Positions 38,690-52,760 of a DNA stretch of 64,000 nucleotides are shown piece after piece (the first letter of the stretch is position 1; every line of letters begins with the position of its first letter). The notes beneath the pieces are model-generated. The model was not told the DNA's origin. It did no database searches and saw only the letters and a program-made list of their open reading frames with translations. The stretch is from Lama guanicoe (taxonomy: Eukaryota). Position numbers and translations under genes: made by a program. The stretch is taken from contig MU053376.1 in assembly GCA_013239625.1 (NCBI GenBank), forward strand, positions 1,908,507 to 1,972,506, written 5' to 3'.

Positions 38690-40268
38690 ACATCTTTGTG
38701 ACCTTGAAGACACAAAAATTTCTTAGGATCTAAAAAGCATGAGCTATCAAAGAAAAAAATAATATAAACTGGACTTCATCAATTCTTGGACTTTTACTCT
38801 TGGAAAAACGTTGTTAAGAAAATGAAAGATAAGCCGCAAACTGGGAGAATGTATTTTCAATACAGAATTCAATAGTATGTTGAGTACCCCAATTTTTTTT
38901 AAGTACACAGAAGTTTTTAATTGACACATCACTAAAGAAGATACATATAAATGGCCAATAAGTGTGTGAAAAGATGCTCAATATCATTCATCATCAGGGA
39001 AATGCAAATTAAAACTGTAAGAAGATGTGCTGTATACTCACTAGAATGGTTAAACTTTAAAAGACTGACAACACTTTAAAAGATTGACAACTGTTAAGAC
39101 GAATGGAATTCTCATATGTTTCTGGTGAAAAGTGGTACAACCACTTTCAAATATAGTTTAGCAATTTCTTATGAAGTTAAATGCACTTACCATATGACCC
39201 ATCAATTCCATGTCTAGGTATTAATCCAAGAGAAATAAAAGTATATACCTACACAAAGACTTGTACTTGAATATTCATAATAGCTTTTGTTATGGGCTGA
39301 ATAATGGTTCTACCCCAAAGATGTCCATGTTCTAATCCCTAGAACCTGAGGATGTTTACATTATCTGTAAGTCTTTACACGTACAATGAATTTGAGGATC
39401 TTATGATGGGGATTTTATGCTTGATTATGGAAGTGGGCCCTACATGCAGTCACTGGTGTCCTTATAAGAGGGAGGTGGAGGGAGATTACAGAAAAAAGAG
39501 AAGGAGGCCATGTGAGAGAAACAGAAGGAAGCAAAGTTACAGAGAGAAGATGCTAGGTCACTGGCTTTGAAGATGGAGGAAGGGCCATGAGCCAAGGAAA
39601 GCAGCTCCACATGCTGGGAAAGGCAAGAGAACGAGCTGTCCTGAGACCCTTCTAAGGGAACGCAGCCCTGCTGACACCTTGCTTTTGGACTTCTGACCTT
39701 CAGATCTGTAAGAGAATAAATACATACTGTTTTAAGCCACCAAGTCTGCATTAATTTGTTGTGGCTGCCATAGGCAACTAATATTTTATTTATATTACCC
39801 CGAACTGGAAGCAACCCCAATACCCATCAACAGATGGATAATTGTATTGTGGAAAAATCATGTTGTGGTATCTCCATACATGAATACTACTCAGCAATAG
39901 AAAGGAATGAAATGCTAATGGATAGAATAATGTAGATGAACTCAGAAAACATTATACTGATAAAAAGAAGCCAGGCACAATGAGAACGTTCTGTATGATT
40001 CTATTTATATGAGATTTTATAAAAGGTAACTCTAATCTATAGTTACAGAAAGTAAACCAGTGATTTTCCTTGGGGCCAGAGTGGGGATGGGGCTTGACCA
40101 CAGGGGAACTGGGGTTTATGGAAATGTTACACAGTCTTAATCATAGTGGTGGTTGCATCAGTGTGTGCATTTGTCCAAATGTATACATTGAATGTGTAAT
40201 TAAAATGGGTCCATTTTATTGTATGTAAATTATGCCTCAATAAAGTTGATCTAAAAGATAATAAAAAA
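38690..40268 (+). mobile_element. Old L1 ORF2 end/3'UTR, interrupted by an MLT1 LTR
   Basis: aaagatgctcaatatcattcatcatcagggaaatgcaaattaaaac...catatgacccatcaattcca...aaagaagccaggcac...cctcaataaagttgat plus A tail. Confidence 0.85.
39288..39783 (+). mobile_element. MLT1 (ERVL-MaLR) solo LTR
   Basis: Starts tgttatgggctgaataatgg...ccccaaagatgtcc and contains gaagatggaggaagggccatgagccaagg and gacttctgaccttcag...aataaa...tttaagccac...ctaata. Confidence 0.88.
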
Positions 40269-42149
40269 TACCATGCCAAGGCTCTGCCCCAAGGCAACTG
40301 AATCATAGTCTCTGGGATAGGGCCCAGCATGTAGCCAGGGTTGAGGACCACTGCTGTAGATTCTCTGATTTCCATCTTGGGGGAACCCAAGAGCACAGAG
40401 GTACATCTGAAGCCATAAGATCCTGTCTGTCTGTGAGCCATGTTTGCCCCTGCTACAGATCGTGCTGAAGCACCTAGGTCAGTCTGTCTTGGCAACCCAT
40501 TGTAGTCTCCTTGCTTTGTTCTTGGAGGATGACACAGGGTGAATCTGGCTTCAGGTAAATAGATAACACTGCAGGAAGCCGGGGGTGTAAGAAGTGTGCT
40601 GAGGAAGAAACCGAAGAGGCTCAATTAATAGTTTTCTCCAGGGCCCTCAGATGTTAAGCATGTCCTTTTCCCATTAGATCAGTCACAAGAAAATCACCAT
40701 GACCAGTCAGATTTCCTTTGGCATCAAGGAAATGGGTCTCACAGTAAAAGAGGATAAAGGCGATTTGAAACTAAAAGCAGTGTTTGTTACCCAACTACCT
40801 GTTTATCCCCTTGGGATAGGATTTCCTATGGAGTCTTGGAGGCCAGCTGTTTGGCACATGTGAGGAGAAAGGAGGATAATTCTGTAAGGAGGCATGTTCT
40901 CTGGTGGTGTTGTCATCAGTAAGAAGAGGAGAGGAAATGACCCCCACTGCTGGTTTAGTTGAATGTCCCCTGGTAAGTGCTGTAGATTGAATGAATGGAG
41001 GAAAAATGAATTTGCAAAGGTTGTGCTCTGCCCTCTTGAGGAAGGGTTTAACTTGGAGACGAAGAAGTAGATGATTGATTGACCCCTCCCTCTCTTCCCC
41101 AGTCTACCCTGCACCTCCTCCCCCACGGAACTCAGTATCTTGTACTGACTGAATGTCTTCCATTTCATAACGTGGTCACCAACAGCGTTGTGCGGTGCTT
41201 TACAGACAGCTGTTCCAGTTGCCTAATTTATCTCGTTGGTGGCAAAAATCTGTTCTGATTGATTGAGCTTTTTTCTCTCATATCTGATGAAGAGAGTGCC
41301 TTTGGAAAAAAGAATAGATGTGAAGCTGAGCTGATTTGAGTAGGGGATGGAAGGCTGCCAGCTACTTCAAAGGTATCTCTGCTGATAAGGGGCGTCAGGT
41401 TTGCTGCCAAAGCCAACACTGAGGGGAGCTTTGCAGCTAGTACCATCCGTGGCGTTTTAGCTTTGGTTTCTGTGACACTAGGTCAGCAGCATCTGTATCC
41501 TCTCCCTGGGGGCTTCTCTCTGGGTGGTCCAGGCTTTTTTTGGCCTCAGGAAGATTCAGCTCAGAGGGAATGTGTGCATCAAAGATGCCTGCTGTCTTTG
41601 GTTTAGGTTAGTTTATATGTTTGCCTCTTTGATGTTTTAGTTCTCAGGTATCTAGCTGCCTTTTCTGAAAAGAGCCCAAGGTGCTATGTTCAGAACATTC
41701 AAAGGTATTTCAATCTTCATAAATCAAGGAAGGGATGATTAAGAGAATCAGAAGAACAATTTAAAAATATGGAGTATGGAAGAGATGTGCAAGGGACAGA
41801 AAACAAAAGTGTCCACATGCAACCTTGTACATACACGTTTGAATACTACCCTCAATGAGAAAAGCATGCAGTCAATAAGTATTTTAGTGAAAACTATATA
41901 TATAGCATTATGCTACATGCTAAAAAGAGCTTAAAATCAAATTAAGGAGTAAGATTTGCCCCCAGGGAGCTTATGGCTTTTCAGCCCTTTTTTAAAATCC
42001 GCTTAGATCTCCCAAAACTTTCTGTGGGATGATGATAATAATAATACTAATAAATAACAAGCTTTCATAAAATGCTTACTATAAATATTGTACACAGTAG
42101 TAGGCCCTCGATGTACTTCCTGTAGTCTTTTCACGTAGTTTGCAAAGGT

Positions 42150-43580
42150 CTTTTTTCCTTAACTTTTTAGAGAAGTATAAAGTAGTTAGAGAAAGTGCAC
42201 ATATTGTAAAATGTACAGCTCAGTGAATTTTTACAAATGGAAAACATGTAATTATCACCAGATTGAAAAAAAGAATGTTACCAGTATCCCACGAGCGCCC
42301 TCTTTTTCCCTCTTCCATTCATTATCCCCTGAAAGCCCTTATCCTAGCATAAGTATTTGCTGGTTGTTTTTTTTTTTTAAATTATATAAATGAAATTGTG
42401 TAATATTCTTTCAACAGTTTAAGTATGCCATTCCTTTCCTTTCTGGTTTCCACTGTTTCTTATGAGAAGTCAGCTGTGATTCTTATTCCTGTCCCCCTGG
42501 ATTTAATGTTTTGAGGGTTTTGGGGGATGCTTTTAATATTTTTTCTTTATCTTTGGTTCTCAGCAGTTTGACTCCAATGAGTCTAAGTGTGGTGTTCATT
42601 TTTTTTTTAATTTGGCTTAGACAAGTATGATATCTAAACAGCCTGGATCTGTGGGTAGTGGTGTTTCCTTTATTTGGGAAAAATTTTGGCAAATATTTTT
42701 TCTGTCTCATTCTCTTGTCTTGCTTTGACTCCAATTACACATTGGTTAGACTGCTTGATACAGTCCCACAGGTCACTGAGGCAAGCTTTTTTTTGGGTGT
42801 GTGCTTCAGCTTAGGTGATTTCTAAAGTTTACCAATCCTCTCTCTTGTTGTATCCAAACTTATTCATACCATCCAATGAATTTTTTATTTCAGATATTGT
42901 AATTTTTAGTTTTATGACTTCCACTTGGTTCTTTTTTTACAGTTTCCTTGTAACTCCTGAAATTTCTCTTTTCACCCATTATTTTTAAAATATATTTTGC
43001 AGTTATTTAAAAATCTTTATCTGCTGTTTTCAACATCTACATCATGTGTGGTTCTGTTTCCATTTATAGATTTTTTTTTCTCTTGACCTTGGATTATATT
43101 TCTTTATTTTTTCATGTCTACTAATTTTTTATGATATATTGAACATTGTAGATGTTATTATTGAGACTCTGTACGTGTTTATTGTCCTCTGAAGAGTGTT
43201 AAGTTTTCTTCTAGTAGGCAGTTAAGTTACTGGTTGACCACCTTGTGGGGAATTGGTTTTATACTTCTTTAAAGTGGGTCTGTTTTGATTTAGTTCTGAA
43301 ACATATTCTATACACTTAAGGTATGACCTTTCTGGGGTTTCCATGGAAAACCCAGGTTGTTTATCAAGCCCCTTGGCAGGCTTTGAACTCCAAATTCCAT
43401 CTCTTCTACAGTGGGCAGCAGCTATGATGACCAGTGGTCGCAGTTTCCCTAGGGTGGGGGGAAGGGGTTCCTGGGATATGAGACTGTCAGTTTTATCTGT
43501 TCCACTGTTGATGACCGTTTGGGTACATTTCCAGTTTGAGGCTATGATGAATAATGCTGCTATGAACATTATATTGGAAG
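42150..43580 (-). mobile_element. Old L1 fragments including decayed ORF1
   Basis: The minus-strand ORF 42483-42734 contains KLLRTKDKEKILKA, which is L1 ORF1-like. L1 3'UTR-like pieces flank it. Confidence 0.75.
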
Positions 43581-43859
43581 GTTATTTTTCTTCCCATTGT
43601 ATAGCTGAAAAAATTAAAGCCTGCATTGGTACAATACTCTTTTGTAAGACCAAGAAGAGGTGACACTGGAATTTGAACTCCCACTTTCTTTCTACTGCAT
43701 CACCCTACCACCCATGTTTCAGGACCTATAAATGGTATTCTTTCTTTCTACCTGTCCTTCTCCCCATCTCTTCTTTATTCTCTTCCTCCTTGCTCTCTAT
43801 TCTTTTGAATAATCTTTTAAAGTTTTATAGCACATGTACATTGTGGAAATTAGAAAATA

Positions 43860-44540
43860 TAAGAAGAAAAAATATAATAAAAAACCAGATTGTATTGTAT
43901 TTACTATTACATAATCTGTTATTTTAGTCAAGTCTCCACTTTTCCATTTCAGTAAATTTTCATCTCGCCTAATACCCAGGCCATGTAAACATTCCCCAAT
44001 TGTCCTAAAAATGTCCTTGACAGCTGGTTTGTCCAAGTCAGTATCTAATACCCATTGAGTTTATGTCCCTTAAGTCTCCTTTAATCTGGTGCTCTTCCTT
44101 TTCCATGACACTGACTTGTTAAATAGACCAGGCCAGTTGTCCTGCAGCTTTTCCCACCATCCAGATTTGTCTGGTTGCTTCCATGTGTTGTTAGCTTCCT
44201 CCTGTACCCTGTATTTCCTGCAAATTACAAGTTGGTTCTAAAGGTCAAACCTATTTATATATATTTTGACTAGAATATGTAATAGGAGATGTTGGATACT
44301 TCATGTTGTATCACATCAGGAAATAAACCCAGCAATAATTATGTCAATATATTGACCCTCTACCGCCACCCCCCCCCACATTAGGATAGTGAGTTTGGAC
44401 CCTCTATTTTACAGTTACATTTTTTTTCTCACATGATGAAAAAGCCTATTGTATGGTATTATATATGATGCTATCATACTAACGTTGGGTGCTAATTCAG
44501 TTGTTCATCTGATAGTTTTAACATCAATTGTTAATTCTAG
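43860..44540 (-). mobile_element. Old L1 (L1ME/L1MC-like) 3' fragments
   Basis: ccccaattgtcctaaaaatgtcc...atgacactgacttgtt...ccaggccagttgtcctg...catgttgtatcacatcagg. Confidence 0.6.
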
Positions 44541-44744
44541 ACAAGTTACTTTTTACCATCTCTGTACCTCTTATATTTGACTATAAGATGTCTCTCTGAG
44601 AAGAGAAGATTATTAATATGCCTCATCAGGCACCATGAAAATAATAGTTTGTAAAAACGTATTACTCCCTGGAGAAGCTACACTAATGGGGGTGGAAGCT
44701 GACTAGGTACCAATTTTTTATTAGAAGATTCACAGCAATAATAT

Positions 44745-45010
44745 AAGTAATAATGATAGCTGAGTGAGTGCTAGCCATGCATGCCTAGGGACTGTGCTCT
44801 GTACTTGACATTGTGTTAACCTATTTAATCATCACAGCAACCCTTTAAGACAGGTACTAGTTTTATCATCTCCTTATAGATAAGGACATGGGCAGAAGGG
44901 TTAAGCAGTTGACTTGAGGTTATACACCTGGTTGGTGGCAGAACTGGGATTTGTGTCTTGATGACCTGCTTCCCAAGTCATCTGTTCACAGCCCTCTGCT
45001 CTGCTGCCTC
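44745..45010 (-). mobile_element. MIR SINE
   Basis: tttaatcatcacagcaacccttt...tatagataagg...gttaagcagttgacttgaggttatacac...gcagaactgggattt. Confidence 0.7.
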
Positions 45011-45396
45011 ACACGTAGAAAGGTGGCAGTCATTGCACTGGGAAGCTTCAGGGCCAGGGCTTGTGCAAGGAATGACTGACTTGTGCATTCTGCAGTAATA
45101 CACTTCGGTGCTCCTGGCAGGCCGGAATTTCCCTTGTGCTGTTCTGATTCAGCTTCTTGCTGGGCTTGTCCAGGGAGAGGAGGCAGCTTTGATTCCAGCC
45201 TCCCTCCTTGCAGGACTGGCTTCTTTTGATTTTCCTATTTGTCTTTGTCAGGAATTTTCCTTTGAATTTTTCCCTGCTTGTCTGAGCATGATTTTTATTT
45301 AAAATGAGGAATAAAAATTAAATTCTTCTTCCTTTGAGATAGCATCTTCAATTTTTCCATTCTCTTCTCTCCTTAGGATACTGGACTTATTCTGGT

Positions 45397-45530
45397 TTAT
45401 TTTGTGTGATGGGGGGTAGGGGCAGTAATTAGGTTTATTTACTTATTTTTTAATGGAGGTACTGGGGATTGAACCCAGGACCTCAAGCATGCTAAGCATG
45501 TGCTCTACCACTGAGCTATACCTTCCCCCC
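45397..45530 (-). mobile_element. vic-1-type SINE
   Basis: Contains ggggattgaacccagg...ctaccactgagctataccttcccccc. 15-bp TSD tggacttattctggt (45382-45396) / tggactttttctggt (45532-45546). Confidence 0.9.
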
Positions 45531-46623
45531 TTGGACTTTTTCTGGTCTCATGGTTTTCTACCTGATCCTGCTCGCCCTTAGTCTTTTCTTTCTTTTTTTT
45601 TTTCCCTTCTTTTACTCTGTGCTCCACCAATCATGTGGGTCTCTATCCAGGTTTTCCTAGTGTTTACCCAGCTTGAAACGTCCAGTTATAGGCTAATTTT
45701 AATTGTCAGCACTAATTCTGGTCTTTGAAGAGACCACAGGAACTTCCTCATGGTCTCAAGAGCTCTCAGAATCATCCTCTTGTTGAGCTAATTAGTTGTT
45801 GGTAAGGCCCAGGGACAAGGCTGAGAAGCAACATTTTCTATTTTAGTTTTCTGTTTCCTTGTATTTGGACGCAAACAAAAGAAACCCTTTAGTTTAATTT
45901 TTTTTCCAATTGTAAAAGTAATACATACTCCTCTAAGATATATATGGTGGGGAAAACAAAAATAATAAAAAGAAAATAATGATTACTTAGAATCAGTGTT
46001 AACATTTTGGTGTATTCCCTTCCAATCTTTTTTTCTATGCACATTTTTCTTTAGAAAATAGGGGTGATAATTGTGTATTAAGTTTTGTGTGGTTTTTTTC
46101 ATTTGCCATTTTAAGTGAACATTTTTCATGTCATTGCTTCCTCTTTAGAAACATTGTTTTAATGACTAGACAGCATTCTATCTGCTGGTTATCCCACAGC
46201 GCATTCCTACATTCCTTTTGGTTCTCTGCCTGTGTAGTCTTGACTTCCTGCTGGACCATGTTCGGCTACGTCCAGAGGCAATCCAGAATCTCATTGGTAT
46301 CTTCTGGAAAGTCACTTGTTTGTAGGAACACCTGTCTGGCGTTTGGAAATACCCTACTTCCATTTGACATAAAATAAGTAAAGAGGGTTTTCCCTCTTCT
46401 TTCCCCTTTTCTTCCTCTTCTGTCTTCCTCATTGTCTCTGAGCTCAGCCAGGAGTCTAGTCCTCAGACCTGCGCCTGACCTGGGCCATGGCTGGCTCAGT
46501 GGAACTTTCATACACTAGATTCGGTTTCCTCATCTTCACACTGAAGAATATTACTCATACTCTCGCTCTTCCTTCCCAGAATGTCATAAGAATCAGTAAA
46601 ACCTGGGAAGAAAGTGCTCTGCA

Positions 46624-47471
46624 ATTATCAAAAAGCCGAGAGACAAAAAATGTTGGTGAGGATGTGGAGAAAAGGGATCCTCGATACACTGTTGCTCGGA
46701 GTGTACGCTGACACAGGCATTAGGGAAGAAGGGATGACGGTTCCCCAAAAGATTAAAAATTGAACTACCTTATGATCTAGCAGTTCCACTCCCTAAGGAA
46801 TTGAAATCAGTATCTGAAATCAAATTGAAATCCAATCCAAAGGAATNNNNNNNNNNNNNNNNNNNNNNNNNNNNNNNNNNNNNNNNNNNNNNNNNNNNNN
46901 NNNNNNNNNNNNNNNNNNNNNNNNNNNNNNNNNNNNNNNNNNNNNNNNNNNNNNNNNNNNNNNNNNNNNNNNNNNNNNNNNNNNNNNNNNNNNNNNNNNN
47001 NNNNNNNNNNNNNNNNNNNNNNNNNNNNNNNNNNNNNNNNNNNNNNNNNNNNNNNNNNNNNNNNNNNNNNNNNNNNNNNNNNNNNNNNNNNNNNNGTTTG
47101 GTTATCATTTACATATGGAATCTAAAAAAAAAGAAGCCAATTTCATAGAAACAGAGAATAGAATGGTGGTTGTCCAGGTCTGAGGGAGGGGGAAATGGGG
47201 TGATGGTTAACGGGCACACATTTTCAGTTATAAGAATAAGTTCTGAGGATCTGATGTACAGCATACAGTTAATAATATAATACCGTGTACTTGAAAGTTG
47301 CTGAGAGAAGGTGTTAAGCATCCTTGCCACAAAAACACAAAAAGAGTTAACTATGTGAGGTGATGGATGTGCTAATTACCTTGATCTTGGTAATCATTCT
47401 ACAATGTATATGGATACCACTTTAAATGTATACAGTTATATTTGTTCATTATTCCTCAATAAAGTTAAAAG
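46624..47471 (+). mobile_element. L1 (L1MA-like) 3' fragment with TSD, inserted in a MIR
   Basis: tgttggtgaggatgtggagaaaaggg...gaataagttctgaggatct...ctcaataaagttaaaa. Perfect 15-bp TSD agaaagtgctctgca (46609-46623 / 47472-47486). Confidence 0.9.
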
Positions 47472-47994
47472 AGAAAGTGCTCTGCAGAGCGTTGGTTATG
47501 TCCATGTAGAGGGGTGCACCTGCCCTTCTCCCTGCTACAGTGGCCTTTGTCTCTCTAAGCTAATCTTTTTGAGCAGTGTGTTATCATAGAGGGTAGCAAG
47601 GAAATACCGGAGGCAAACTGGGAGATCCAGTCTCTAGCTTTAATCATCTCTTCTCCAAAGCCAAGATAATCCAACTCTTCTGCACACAAAAGCATCGCAT
47701 CCTTTCCTGCCTTGCCTCTTCCCATGACCTTGTTTTCCTTTTGATGTTCATTTGGAGGGTGGAGAATAGGGAAAAAAAAAAGCCCTCTCTCTTTGCAGCT
47801 CTGTGAGTCAGTCTGGGTCTTTGAGTTCTCAGGCAGGAAAACTGCATAGTTCACCTGATTCTTCTCTCAGGGACTCTTTAAAAAACAGAGGAGTGCAGGT
47901 ACCTTTTCAGATGGTGATTTCAATTCCTTCAGAGAGAGAGAGAGAGCGAGCATTGCTTTATTCAAATCCAGGAGCACAGGTACCACTGCCAGGT

Positions 47995-49690
47995 CATTCA
48001 GTTCAATTTAATAAATATTATTTGATTGTCTATAATTGCTCGGTATTCATCTTGGCGCTATAAAAGGGCTGCAGAACAAGCTTAAAACATGATTCAAGAT
48101 CTTAGATTTCTTAGTTGGATAGACAGGCATAGACTCAAGAAGCAAGTTACAACTTAAGACATCAATTTAATGAGTGGTACAGATAATTAGTTGTCTATAG
48201 GAGTTTGGAAAATGTACAGATTCGTGAGAGGTGAATCAGGTAAGTGTCATACGAGGGAAGGAATTGGACTGGTTTTTTTTTTTTTTTCAATTATATGCTG
48301 CCAGGATTCTTAATTATCCATCCGTTTCTTCTCTTCTGGAAATATCTTGAATATGTCCGTATTATCTGGTGCCCACTTCCTCTCCTGCCTCTTTGTCCCC
48401 ACTAGAGATGCCACCCATGAGACCAGTCTGACAGCAGCAGAGACTTTCTCTTGGCCAGCAATAGGAGAGATGTGTGGGATGAGCTTGGAGCCTGAGTGTG
48501 GAGGGATTTGAATGCCAACTCAAGGTGTTCGAGCCACTGGTCAAAGATAGCCATTGACCGTTGTATGTAGGGCAGTGAAAAATGGAAAGCCATGGTTTAC
48601 AGTGACACTGGGGGCAGTGTTCAGTGTGGTTTCGGGTGGAAGAAACTATTTGGGAGCCTACTACAATAATTCAAGAGATAATAGGAACCAGTTCTTGGAT
48701 AATGGCAATGGGAACTGAAAGAATGGGATTTATTAAGAGGCATAGCAAAGAAGCCATCCCTCCCAAGTGATCTGATATGAGGTGGAAGGAGGTAAAGGCT
48801 AGAGAGGACCAAAATTCATTTGGTCATTCAACAAACATTTGCAGGTGCTTCCCATGTCCTAGGCACTGTGGTGGGCACTGTGATACAACAGATAACAAAA
48901 CAAAAAGTCCTTGCCCACATGGAGCTTATATTCTAGTCTGAGAAACAGATCATATACAGATAAACCAGTAAATATGTAATGTATCAGAAGATGACAAAGT
49001 AGGATAAAGAGGATGAGGGTGCTGGGGACTTGCTGTTTTGTATAAGGTGGTCAGGGAAGGCTTCGTTGGTAAATCAGCACTGGAGCTGGTTCTTGAAGGA
49101 AATGAGGGATTTTGCTATTTAGCTCTCTGAGGAGGGTATTTCAGGCAGAGGAAGCAGCATGTCTTAGGCCATGAGATGGGAGGGTGCTTGTCTGCTTAGG
49201 GAAACAGCAAGGTGGCCTTGCACACAATAGGCGAGAGGGAGAGTGGTAGGAGATGTGGTTGGGGAAGGGGGACAAACCACATCAGGAGGAGCCTCAGAGG
49301 CTATTAAATATGAGAATTTGAAACAGAGGATGATACAATCTGACTCCTGTTGAAATAGGATTGTTCTGGCTGCTGTATTAAGAAAAGACAAGGCGGAGCG
49401 AGGTGGGAACACAGGAAGACCAGTTAAGGAGGCTTCTCTAAATAATTCAGGCAGGAGATGGTGGTGGTAGAGATGATGGTGGAACAGAGTGGAAGATGTG
49501 GAGATCGTGAGATGTGGTCAGATTCTGGGAGGTATTTTGAAGATGGAGCATTCGCTGCTGAGTTGAATGTGCTGCTGAGTTGAATGTGGGATGTGAGAAA
49601 AGGAGGAGTCAAAGATGACTCCAGGCATTTTGGCCTGAGCCATTGGAAACTGGGGTTGCCATTTACTGGGGGAGGTATGTGAAGAGTCAC
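47995..49690 (-). mobile_element. L2 elements (older L2 plus L2a-like)
   Basis: tcattcaacaaacatttg at about 48823 ... ggtggtcagggaaggctt...gattctgggaggtattttgaag...gagtcaaagatgactccagg. Confidence 0.75.
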
Positions 49691-52077
49691 TGATTCTAGT
49701 CCAACCCTGTAATTAGTGAAGAATCTGAGAGCCAGGAAGAAGGGACTTGCCTCAGGTCACCCCGTTAGGTAGTAGCAGAGGTGGTACCAGACCTACCAGG
49801 CCTTCTAACTTCTGTCCAGTGGTCTCTCCAGGACACAGCGCCACACTTCCTGAGTTCAGTTTTAGACATGGCAAGGTGAAAGTTCAGTAAGGGTTACGGC
49901 TGGAAGGGAAATCTGAAAATTAACCTCATAAAACTGATTGAGGATTTGAAGGCATGAAAGTGACTATTCAGAGAAGGGGGCGGTTGAGACCTAGAGAGAG
50001 GATTTTGAGGGGCCAGCAAAGAGGAGAGAGGAGCAAATGAAAATGAGCAAAAAGAAACTGAGAATAGCATGGCTCATAGAACCTAAGTGAGACCAGGGAG
50101 GCTCAGGGGTGGGTATTCTGAAGGGGTCAGGATAAATGGCATCAGAGCAGATGTCTTTAGAATTGGGTGTTGGAGCTCGGGAAACTGTGATGTCCTCAAC
50201 AGAACCTCCACTCAATTTTATGCCCATTTCTTATCCTTTCTGCTAATAGAGAGAAGGAATACAATAGCATAAGCCTGTGACGGGGAATTTAAAAAAAAGT
50301 ATCCTCCAACTCTAGCATTACCTTCTTGTGAGCCTTACAGAAGGGTCTGACCTCTGTGCGCATCAGTGAACTGAACAGGAAAGCATCCTTGCCCACTTTG
50401 CCTCTAGAAGTGATGTGAGGATAACGGAAAGGATGTGAAACTGCTGTGGAAGAGAAATGTTACATAAATCAAGGTATCCTTTTCTAGTTGACATTGGCAA
50501 GTTTTTAGTTTGAAAAAAATTCTTGATGGAGTAGTCAAAAACTTTACATTAGCGGTACATTAAATGTAGAACACATTGACCAACAAAATAGATACACCTC
50601 TTTGAAACTATATAAAATATTTCCGTGGTTATTTTTGCTTAAATCTTGCTTGATTCCTATGTCCATTAGACTCATATCAAATCCTGCCCGAGCTTTTAAA
50701 TGTTATTTAACTTCATGGACCCTTGCTCGGAAGCCACACAGGTCTTTCAAGCATTCGCAAGTTAGCATCAGTCCGACACAGGGTGAGGTTTTCCGTGCTG
50801 AGTTCTGAGTAGTCTGTCTGTTTTCGGAGCTGCAGGCTGAAGTCCCAATGGAGTTTAATTTTGTCCTTCCAGTCCCCTTCACATAACAGTGTATGAAGAG
50901 CGGGAATGGAAATTAATTGTACCTGCCGGCGTTATTAAAGTTATCAGTGCATATCCTCTCCTGGGCCAGGGAGATTGAAAAGGGTGTTGTAATCAGAGCA
51001 GATGATTTCTGACACGAGGAATGGGCTTCCTCCCCAGCTTAGATGTAAGGATGTGATCTGAGCATGTCGCCTCTGGCCTGATACCACATAGCTCGGGGCT
51101 ATGCAGAGTCCCTGCCTCATCCTCCCACCAGCCCTGGAGGAGAGCCATCCAGCTTCTGCTCTCTCTGGATCAGAGGTCTCTGAGGTAGGAAACTAGCCTT
51201 TCTCACTGAAGACTAGCATATTCTGGCTGTACGTTGCTGACTGCAGGATGCAGTCAGGTGTCCTGGTTAGGCCAGGCCAGAGAGTCACACCTGGTTCAGC
51301 TTCAACCTGAATAAAGTACAGAATTGTGGAGCTGCTCCCATGTGATTCAGGTCATTTGAGCAAGCGTTTATTAAATGCTTTCTGCAAACGTCATCAAAAA
51401 AGACCCTGATCTGAGAGGGAGGGTCTCTCCCCAGCTCTCACAGTGCGACCTCACTTTTTAAGCTTTCTAAGACTTGGTTTCTAATCTGTTTAAATAAAGG
51501 TTTTGGATTCATCTTTCGAAGATTTTTCTCTGAAATTCTGTAATTAAGTGCAGGGATTTTTATGAAAATATTTGATAAACCATTTGAGAGTATACAGAGG
51601 TCGGTGTGGTAATGCTTCTAAGTGGAGATTCACTCAACAAATAGTTTTTGAGTTCTGACTGTGTGGTGCATTGCCAGGGGCTGGGAAGATGGCCTGGCGA
51701 GGCCCCTGACCTAACGGCGCAGTCTGGTGGGAAAAACAGACACGCAGATAAGCAGTGATAATACAGTGTAATAGTGGGTTCTTCAGTGGAGGAAAGCATG
51801 AACTGAGGCTTGCCTTACATAGACCTTTGAGCCTTAGGAAGGAGAGGGAGGAGGATGTGTGGCAGTGAATAGGAATTCCTGGGAGATGAAACAGCTTATG
51901 CGGAAGACAAGCAATAGTGTCCCAGAACTGAAGGTGCTGTGGGTGAGGATGGCTGAGCACGGAACCCTTGTAGGAGATGGCAAGTGACAAGGCTGAATAG
52001 ATAGGCCCAACTCACCTGCTTCGTTAAAGAGCTTACACTCTGAAGCCAGCCAGGGGGAAGCCTCATAATGTTTCTGT

Positions 52078-52760
52078 TGGTTTTTTAACTTCTTGTTTTG
52101 AAATAACTTCAGACTCAGAGAAAAGTTGCAGAAGCAGTACAAAAATTCCACTATTGTTAAAATCTTCTATAACCACAGTACAATGATCAAAATCAGGAAA
52201 TTAACACTAATACAATACTATTACCTAATCTCCTGCTGTACATCAAATTCTACCAATTGTCCCAGTCACTTCCAGTTTCTGTTTCAGGGTCCAGGTCAGG
52301 ATCACACATTTGTGCTAAGTTGTACCGTCTCCTTAGTCCCTTCTAATCACTGACATTTCCTCTGTCTTCCTCTGTCTTTCATGACTGGCATCTCTGAAGA
52401 GTGCTGGCCAGTTGTTTTGCAGAACGTCCTTCAATTTTGGTTTGTCTGATATTTCCTCATAATTAGATTCAGGTTAAGCGGTTTTGATAAGAACACCATA
52501 GAAGTGATGCTGTGTGTTATACCAAGAGCCACTTCCCATTGATTTTTCCCATTATGGGTGGTGATCATTCCGATTGCTTGCTTCAGATAGGTGTCTGCCA
52601 GATTTCTTCACCGTAAGTTACTTTCTTTTCCTTTGCACTTCAAGTATCTTACGAAGAGAATCTTTGAGACAATGGAAATATCCTATTTCTTCTCATCTTT
52701 GCCCACTACTTTTTAGCATCTATTAATGCTTCTTAACTGAAACAATTCCAGTAATGAGTT
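52078..52760 (-). mobile_element. Old L1 (L1MC5-like) 3' end interrupting an L2
   Basis: ttttgaaataacttcagactcagagaaaagttgcagaagcagtaca...aaaatcaggaaattaacact...tttgagac. Confidence 0.8.
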
